DNA of 64,000 nucleotides from Trueperaceae bacterium. Lineage in GTDB: Bacteria > Deinococcota > Deinococci > Deinococcales > Trueperaceae. Shown piece by piece: positions 58,550-64,000 of this stretch. The translations under genes and the position numbers were made by a program. The stretch is from assembly GCA_036381595.1 (NCBI GenBank), contig DASVCN010000024.1, positions 50,324 through 114,323 on the forward strand. The letters are read 5' to 3'. The notes beneath the pieces are model-generated. The model made no database searches. It was given only the letters and a program-made list of their open reading frames with translations, and was not told the origin of the DNA. Numbering within the stretch: the first letter of the stretch is position 1; every line of letters starts with the position of its first letter.

Positions 58550-59866
58550 ATGTTCGAGAGTCTAGGCAACAGACTTCAATCCGTGTTCGACAGCCTCAAG
58601 GGTCGGGGCAGACTCACCGAGGCAGAGGTGAAGACGGCGCTCCGCGAGGTGCGGGTGGCGCTGCTCGAGGCCGACGTCAACCTGGAGGTCGCCCGCGACT
58701 TCACCAAACGGGTACAGGAGAAGGCGGTGGGCTCCGAGACGCTGATGTCGCTGCGTCCGGACCAGCGGGTCATATCCATCGTCCATGAGGAACTGATCGG
58801 GGTGCTGGGCGGCAAGTCGGTGCAGCCCGACGTGCGCAGCGAGGGGAACGTCTGGCTGCTGATGGGCCTCCAGGGCGCCGGCAAGACCACGACGGCCGGC
58901 AAGATCGCCTACCGCTACAAGAGCCAGGGCCGCCGGCCGCTGCTCGTGGCCGCCGACACCCAGCGCCCGGCCGCGCGCGACCAGCTGAAGGTGTTGGGCA
59001 AGCAGATCGGCGTCCCGGTACTAGAGGTGGAGGACGACGAGCCCGCGGGTCGGACCCGCGAGCGGCTCGACGACTACCTCAAGCGGGACTTCCGCGACCT
59101 GGTGATCGTGGACACCGCCGGCCGCCTGCAGATCGACGAGGGGCTGATGGATCAGCTCGCCGAGCTGCGCGAGGCGCTCGAACCGCGCGAGGCGATGCTG
59201 GTGGTCGACGCCATGACAGGTCAGCAGTCGCTGCCGGTGGCCAGGAGCTTCGACGAGCGGGTCGGCGTCACCGGCCTCATCCTCACCAAGCTCGATGGCG
59301 ACGCCCGCGGTGGGGCGGCCCTTTCCGCACGGCACGTGACCGGCAAGCCCATCTACTTCGCGGGGATGAGCGAGAAGATAGACGGTCTCGAGCCGTTCCA
59401 CCCAGACCGGATCGCTTCACGGATCCTCGGCATGGGCGACGTTCTCACGCTCGTGGAGAAAGCGCGGGCGCTGGAGGCCGATGACGAGGCCGAGGAGGTT
59501 CGCAGCCTCACCGACTTCACCCTTCAGGACATGCTCACCCAGATGCGCAAGATCAAGCGTATGGGCTCGTTCACCGACATCCTGAAGATGATCCCCGGTG
59601 CCAACAAGATGCTGCCGGCGGGGGCCAACATCGATGAGAAGGAGATCGCCCGGGTCGAAGCGATCATCTCGAGCATGACCGAGAAGGAACGCACGAACCC
59701 TCGACTCCTCAACGCCAGTCGCCGCAAGCGGATCGCCGCCGGCTCGGGCACCACCGTTCAGGACGTCAATCGCCTGATGAAGAACTTCGAGCAGATGAAG
59801 AAGATGATGAAGCAGATGGGCAGGCGTCCTCCCGGCCGCGGGATGCCGCCTGGCCTGGGTCGCTGA
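58550..59866 (+). CDS. ffh: signal recognition particle protein Ffh (SRP54)
   Basis: [47 protein letters not shown] and a Met-rich M domain. Start trimmed to ATG 58550. Confidence 0.93.
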   Translation: MFESLGNRLQSVFDSLKGRGRLTEAEVKTALREVRVALLEADVNLEVARDFTKRVQEKAVGSETLMSLRPDQRVISIVHEELIGVLGGKSVQPDVRSEGNVWLLMGLQGAGKTTTAGKIAYRYKSQGRRPLLVAADTQRPAARDQLKVLGKQIGVPVLEVEDDEPAGRTRERLDDYLKRDFRDLVIVDTAGRLQIDEGLMDQLAELREALEPREAMLVVDAMTGQQSLPVARSFDERVGVTGLILTKLDGDARGGAALSARHVTGKPIYFAGMSEKIDGLEPFHPDRIASRILGMGDVLTLVEKARALEADDEAEEVRSLTDFTLQDMLTQMRKIKRMGSFTDILKMIPGANKMLPAGANIDEKEIARVEAIISSMTEKERTNPRLLNASRRKRIAAGSGTTVQDVNRLMKNFEQMKKMMKQMGRRPPGRGMPPGLGR

Positions 59867-59950
59867 CGATCCGAGGTACGGGCCCGGGGGGCGGCGCGGG
59901 GATGCCGCCGGGACTAGTTCGCCGACGGCGGGAATGCCCTTGGGCCTGGG
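59838..59950 (+). repeat. three degenerate copies of the Ffh C-terminal GMPPGLG coding unit, two of them beyond the stop codon
   Basis: gcgggatgccgcctggcctggg (59838-59), gcggggatgccgccgggac (59895-913) and gcgggaatgcccttgggcctggg (59928-50). Confidence 0.6.
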
Positions 59951-60086
59951 CGCCGAGGCCCGATTCGAGGCCGGCGGAGCGGCCGGCCGACGCCACTGGC
60001 GGCTGGCACCGGTTAAGGTGTAGCATGCGTAGTTTGAGCCGCCGCCCCCAGTGGACGGCAAGCCCTGTTCGGAGGAAGTGGAAGTT

Positions 60087-60389
60087 ATGGTGAAGATCCG
60101 TCTCATGCGCATGGGCGCCAAGAAGAACCCGCACTACCGCGTAGTAGTGGTCGATTCGCGCAAGAAGCGCTCCAGCGACTACATCGAATCGCTGGGTCAC
60201 TACGATCCCCGCGAGACCACCCCGGAGCCGCTCAAGATCGATACCGAGCGCGCCAACTACTGGCTGGCGCAGGGAGCGCAGCCTACCGAGACGACCGTCC
60301 GGCTCCTCGAGAAGGTCGGCGTAGAAGTGCCCTCGGTCCGAGCGAAGCGCACGGAAGGCTACCGCCGGCGCAGCGCCGACCAGGCCTAG
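60087..60389 (+). CDS. rpsP: 30S ribosomal protein S16
   Basis: [35 protein letters not shown]. Start trimmed to ATG 60087. Confidence 0.93.
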   Translation: MVKIRLMRMGAKKNPHYRVVVVDSRKKRSSDYIESLGHYDPRETTPEPLKIDTERANYWLAQGAQPTETTVRLLEKVGVEVPSVRAKRTEGYRRRSADQA

Positions 60390-60398
60390 CATCCCACC

Positions 60399-60632
60399 AT
60401 GGCGCCCCTCGAGCTCGTCACCTACATCGTCCAGAATTTGGTCGCCGAGCCGGAGAGGCTCGCCCTTCACGCCGAGCGCGACGGCCGCGGCATCCGCATC
60501 GAGATCCGCTGCGCCCCCGACGATGCCGGAAGGGTCATCGGGCGTGGCGGCCGCATCATCAACAGCCTCCGGACTCTCGCCCGGGCCGCGGCCGACGGCA
60601 GCCAGCGGGTAGAAGTCCAACTGATCGACTGA
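60399..60632 (+). CDS. KH-domain RNA-binding protein (YlqC/UPF0109 family)
   Basis: GRVIGRGGRIINSLRTL GXXG motif. Conserved position between rpsP and rimM. Confidence 0.85.
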   Translation: MAPLELVTYIVQNLVAEPERLALHAERDGRGIRIEIRCAPDDAGRVIGRGGRIINSLRTLARAAADGSQRVEVQLID

Positions 60633-60654
60633 GCCGCAAGATCGACGAGCGACA

Positions 60655-61197
60655 GTGACCAGCCGTTCCGGTGCAGCAGAGGGCCCGCCGGAAGGCTACG
60701 TGCTCCTGGGCCGGCTGGGCAAGACGTTCGGGCTGAAGGGCGCCCTCCACTTCCGCTCACTCGGGTTGCCCGAGAGCGAAGCGCTCTTCGAGCTCGAAGA
60801 GGTGTTCGTGACCGGGCTCGGCGTCCTGGCCATCGCTGAGGTGAAACCACACGGTGCCAGCCTGCTCGTGTCGTTCGAAGGGATTCGACGGGTGGAGGAG
60901 GCCCGGCCACTGGTGAACGCGCAAGTCTACGCCGAGCCGGCGTCTTTGCCGCCGCCAGCCGAGGGCGGCCAGTACGCCGATGCCCTCAGAGGTCTTCCCG
61001 TGCTCGTCGACGGCAGACCGTTCGGAACGGTCGCCGACCTTGCCGGAGTGGCCGGCGCCGAACTGCTCACGGTAGAACGGCCCGAGGGCGGCGAAGCTCT
61101 CATCCCGCTGCGCGCGCCCTACGTGCAGGTCGCCCGTCACGAGGTGCTGGTCGAGGACCCTCCGCCCGGGCTGATCGATCCGAACGAGCAGCTGTGA
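60655..61197 (+). CDS. rimM: 16S rRNA processing protein RimM
   Basis: [17 protein letters not shown] and a PRC-barrel C-terminus. Conserved operon position. GTG start. Confidence 0.85.
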   Translation: MTSRSGAAEGPPEGYVLLGRLGKTFGLKGALHFRSLGLPESEALFELEEVFVTGLGVLAIAEVKPHGASLLVSFEGIRRVEEARPLVNAQVYAEPASLPPPAEGGQYADALRGLPVLVDGRPFGTVADLAGVAGAELLTVERPEGGEALIPLRAPYVQVARHEVLVEDPPPGLIDPNEQL

Positions 61198-61931
61198 AGT
61201 ACACCGTCTACACCCTCTTCCCGCAGCTGATCGAGCCGTGGCGGGAGGAGGCCCTGCTGGGCAAGGCGGTGCGCTCGAGCCTGCTCGAACTGGACGTGCG
61301 TGATCTGCGCGCATTCGCATTAGACAAGCACAACAAGGTCGACGACACCCCGTACGGCGGCGGAGCCGGCATGGTCATCAGGGTCGACGTCGCCGCCCGG
61401 GCTATCGAAGAGGCGAGGTCTCAGGACCCGCCACCCGACGAGGTGATCCTCCTCTCGCCCGCTGGCGAGCCGCTCACCCAAGCCGTCGTTTCGGAACTCG
61501 CCGGGAAGGCCCACCTTTGCCTGCTGTGTGGGCGCTACGAGGGCTTCGACGCCCGCGTCGAGACGCTGGTCGACCGCGAGGTCTCGATCGGCGACTTCGT
61601 GCTGATGGGCGGAGAACTGGCGGCCCTGGCTCTGGTCGAGGCGACCGCCCGGTTGGTCCCGGGTGTGCTCGGGGACGAGGAGAGCCACCGTCAGGACTCC
61701 TTCGCCACCGGGCTGCTCGACTACCCGGAGTTCACGCGTCCGGCGGAGTTCGACGGGATGGCGGTCCCCGAGATCCTCCTCTCCGGGCACCACGGGCTGG
61801 TGGCGAAGTGGCGCCGCCGGGAGGCGCTCAGGCGCACCCTCGAACGGCGCCCGGACCTGTTGGAGGCGCTCGTACTCAGCGACGCCGACAGGTCGATCCT
61901 GCAGGAGCTGCGGGCCGAGAGGGAATCGTGA
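61194..61931 (+). CDS. trmD: tRNA (guanine37-N1)-methyltransferase
   Basis: [39 protein letters not shown] overlap with rimM. Confidence 0.93.
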   Translation: MKYTVYTLFPQLIEPWREEALLGKAVRSSLLELDVRDLRAFALDKHNKVDDTPYGGGAGMVIRVDVAARAIEEARSQDPPPDEVILLSPAGEPLTQAVVSELAGKAHLCLLCGRYEGFDARVETLVDREVSIGDFVLMGGELAALALVEATARLVPGVLGDEESHRQDSFATGLLDYPEFTRPAEFDGMAVPEILLSGHHGLVAKWRRREALRRTLERRPDLLEALVLSDADRSILQELRAERES

Positions 61932-61980
61932 GAGAACGGGCGGCCCTCGTGGGACCGCCCGCCGTGTCCAGCTGGTGTGC

Positions 61981-62490
61981 CTACTGCTGTTGTCCCTGCA
62001 CCCTCTCGATCACCAGCGGGGTGATATCGAGTCCTTCCTGGGCGTAGACGACCAGATTCGTGCCCTGCGGTCCCGCTACGCCAGCATCGAGCACGATCGA
62101 GTAGCCGTTCTCCTGGGCGATAGCCTTGATCGCCTGATCGACGGCCTCGACGGCCGGCTGCGCGGCCTCGGCGATGTCGGCTTCCCAACGCTGCTGAACT
62201 GACTGGAGCGTGGTCACCAGCGTCTGGTAGCGCTCCTGCTCTTCGGGGGTGAGCTGCTGGCCCTGCCGGGCCTTGTTGGCGATCTCCTGGATGCTCTGCT
62301 GGAGTCCGGCGATCTCCTCCCGGGCCTGGGCTTCGAGGTCGGCGATCTGCTGGCCGGCCGGGTGAGCGGCTATGGCCGCCTGCGAGTTCACGAAGACGAT
62401 CTTCGTGTCGGTTTCCTGTGCGGTCAGGTTGGTCGACGCCACCCCGAGAATGGCGACAACAGCGAGGATCAGCAGGGTGAGTCGTTTCAT
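61981..62490 (-). CDS. OmpH/Skp-family periplasmic chaperone
   Basis: Signal peptide, IVFVNSQAAIAAHPAG, a Q/E-rich coiled coil, and AIKAIAQENGYSIVLD. Confidence 0.8.
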   Translation of the reverse strand: MKRLTLLILAVVAILGVASTNLTAQETDTKIVFVNSQAAIAAHPAGQQIADLEAQAREEIAGLQQSIQEIANKARQGQQLTPEEQERYQTLVTTLQSVQQRWEADIAEAAQPAVEAVDQAIKAIAQENGYSIVLDAGVAGPQGTNLVVYAQEGLDITPLVIERVQGQQQ

Positions 62491-62571
62491 AGCGGGCTAA
62501 GTGTAACACCGGCATCATGAGAAGCTGCGCCGCATCCCGAAGGGTCAGCGGGCAGGCGAAGAGGTGTATCA

Positions 62572-63774
62572 ATGGCTCCCGCTCCAATCGACCTCGGCCC
62601 CCTGGGCCTGATCTTCGCCGGCGTCCTGGGCGCCCTGATAGGCTCGTTCTCGAACGTCGTCATCTACCGGCTCCCGCGCCGTGAATCGATCGCCTTCCCG
62701 GGCTCCCACTGCCCCCGTTGCAACCACGAGCTCTCTCCTCTCGAGCTCATCCCGATCCTCTCCTGGCTCGTGCAACGCGGCCGCTGCCGCAGCTGCCGTT
62801 CGCCGATCTCCATCCGCTACCCGATCGTCGAGGGGCTCATGGCACTCGGTTTCGTCCTCATCTGGTGGAACTGGCCGCCTCACGAGGCAGGGCTCGCCTT
62901 CGTGCCGCTGGCGGCTCTCTTCGCGGTCCTGCTGATACTGGCCGCGATCGACCTCGATACCTTCACCCTTCCCGACGTTCTCACGCTGCCGGCCCTCGCG
63001 GTGGCGCTCCTCGCACCACTGCTCTTCCCCGCCGGCACCGGATTGCCGACGGTGGCCAACGCGGTCGCGGGAGCGGGTATCGGGGCCGGAGTACTCGTAA
63101 TCATCAACCGCGTGGGCGCGCTCATCCTTCGCCGCTTCCGGGACACCGGAGAGCGTCTCTGGCCGATCGGCTTCGACCAGGTCAACGTCGCCGCCCTCGC
63201 GGGAGCGCTCGCCGGTTGGCAGACAGGCGCCCTCTGCGCGCTGCTGTCGCTGGTCGTGAACCTGCTCGCCCGCAGGCCCGTGCGGTTGCCGGAGCCGCTC
63301 GTTCTGCCCCTCTGGTTCGGCGCGCTGCTGCTCGCCGCGGCCGGCCTCACCGTTTCGCCGCTGGTTGCGGTGGGCGGCAGCCTCGCCGCTGCCGGCACCG
63401 CTGCCATCGCTGGCGCGATCTACTGGTGGTTCGCCGAACTGACCGGCCGGGTCGGACCGGAGGCTTCGCCATCCGACGCCACTGGCAAGGTGGAGGCTCC
63501 TGCATTGGCCGGCGACGAAGACGACGAACCGGTTGCGATGGGGTTCGGGGACGTGAAGCTGGCCGCGGTCATGGGCGCGATGCTGGGCTGGGAGAAGCTT
63601 CTGCTGGCGGTATTCCTCTCCTTCATCGTGGGTGCGATCGGCGGAGTGACCGGTCGCCTGCTCGGCGGCGACAGGGTGGTGCCGTTCGGCCCTTACCTCG
63701 TGGTAGGCGCGTTCGTGGCGCTCTTCCAGGGCGACGCCATCATCGGCTGGTACTTGGGCCTGCTCGCGATCTGA
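62572..63774 (+). CDS. pilD: prepilin peptidase (A24 family, PilD-like) with an extended internal insert
   Basis: N-terminal CPRCNHEL...CRSCRSPISIRYPIVE zinc module. Catalytic Asp motifs AIDLDTFTLPD and GFGDVKL. Confidence 0.85.
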   Translation: MAPAPIDLGPLGLIFAGVLGALIGSFSNVVIYRLPRRESIAFPGSHCPRCNHELSPLELIPILSWLVQRGRCRSCRSPISIRYPIVEGLMALGFVLIWWNWPPHEAGLAFVPLAALFAVLLILAAIDLDTFTLPDVLTLPALAVALLAPLLFPAGTGLPTVANAVAGAGIGAGVLVIINRVGALILRRFRDTGERLWPIGFDQVNVAALAGALAGWQTGALCALLSLVVNLLARRPVRLPEPLVLPLWFGALLLAAAGLTVSPLVAVGGSLAAAGTAAIAGAIYWWFAELTGRVGPEASPSDATGKVEAPALAGDEDDEPVAMGFGDVKLAAVMGAMLGWEKLLLAVFLSFIVGAIGGVTGRLLGGDRVVPFGPYLVVGAFVALFQGDAIIGWYLGLLAI

Positions 63775-63872
63775 AGCTGGAGCCCGGCAGACGGGTCGGG
63801 CGGCGTCGCCGCGACCCCGGATCGCTCGCACGGCTGGCCCCTACCCGCGCCCTGAACGAGTTTTCAGCGTGG

Positions 63873-63878
63873 TAGAGT
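63873..63878 (+). promoter_or_regulatory. -10 box TAGAGT upstream of the Cys-rich mini-ORF
   Basis: gtggTAGAGTctcgc, 42 nt before ATG 63921. Confidence 0.35.
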
Positions 63879-63920
63879 CTCGCTCGACGGTCGCCCAAGC
63901 GCGGCCAAGAGGGAGCCACA

Positions 63921-63956
63921 ATGTCGTCCAACGATTGCATCTCGCAGTGCTGCTAG
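63921..63956 (+). CDS. candidate Cys-rich mini-ORF MSSNDCISQCC
   Basis: ATG TCG TCC AAC GAT TGC ATC TCG CAG TGC TGC TAG. AGAGGGAG SD ends 5 nt before the ATG, and TAGAGT -10 lies 42 nt upstream. The downstream context is cut by the window end. Confidence 0.25.
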   Translation: MSSNDCISQCC

Positions 63957-64000
63957 CCAACGTCGAAACCCTCCGGGGTCGGGACCTGCTGTCGCTCGAG

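Noticed and set aside
60025-60093. Small [25 protein letters not shown] upstream of and overlapping the rpsP start.
   Set aside because: It is the tail of a shadow ORF in the ffh-rpsP spacer, has no SD and has an arbitrary composition. The rpsP SD (GGAGGAAG) lies inside it.

Overview
High-GC (about 65-68% by eye) bacterial chromosomal segment, densely packed with about 63 protein genes and 3 tRNAs. I saw no rRNA, CRISPR array, transposase or integrase. Most of it is housekeeping: purS-purC-purB, purH, gyrA, ftsE, argG-GNAT-argH-GNAT, ansA, proC, tgt, recX, ffh-rpsP-KH-rimM-trmD, pilD and a class II ribonucleotide reductase. Several genes point to Deinococcota (Deinococcus/Truepera-like), which is an inference: a DdrA/Rad52-like gene, FrnE-type DsbA, a DinB-family protein, an intein-bearing nrdJ, OmpH, and many -10 boxes sitting 5-8 nt from start codons. 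Many long ORFs in the six-frame track are antisense or out-of-frame shadows typical of GC-rich DNA, and I ignored them. Several starts were re-set from the sequence using SD or -10 geometry. Items worth a second look: (1) a 14-codon mini-ORF ending R-A-R-R-R-stop, embedded in the 5' arm of a long terminator-like helix just upstream of argG, which may be an arginine attenuator; (2) nrdJ split by two LAGLIDADG inteins, the second ending in His-Gln, placed directly before the radical-loop NPCGE cysteine, and much lower in GC; (3) a leaderless DdrA-like gene co-transcribed with a PPP-type phosphoesterase; (4) a widespread leaderless promoter architecture; (5) paired NrdR-like boxes; (6) a Cys-rich mini-ORF at the window edge. 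I found no clear multi-gene system of a novel kind such as a defence island, and the accessory content is low.
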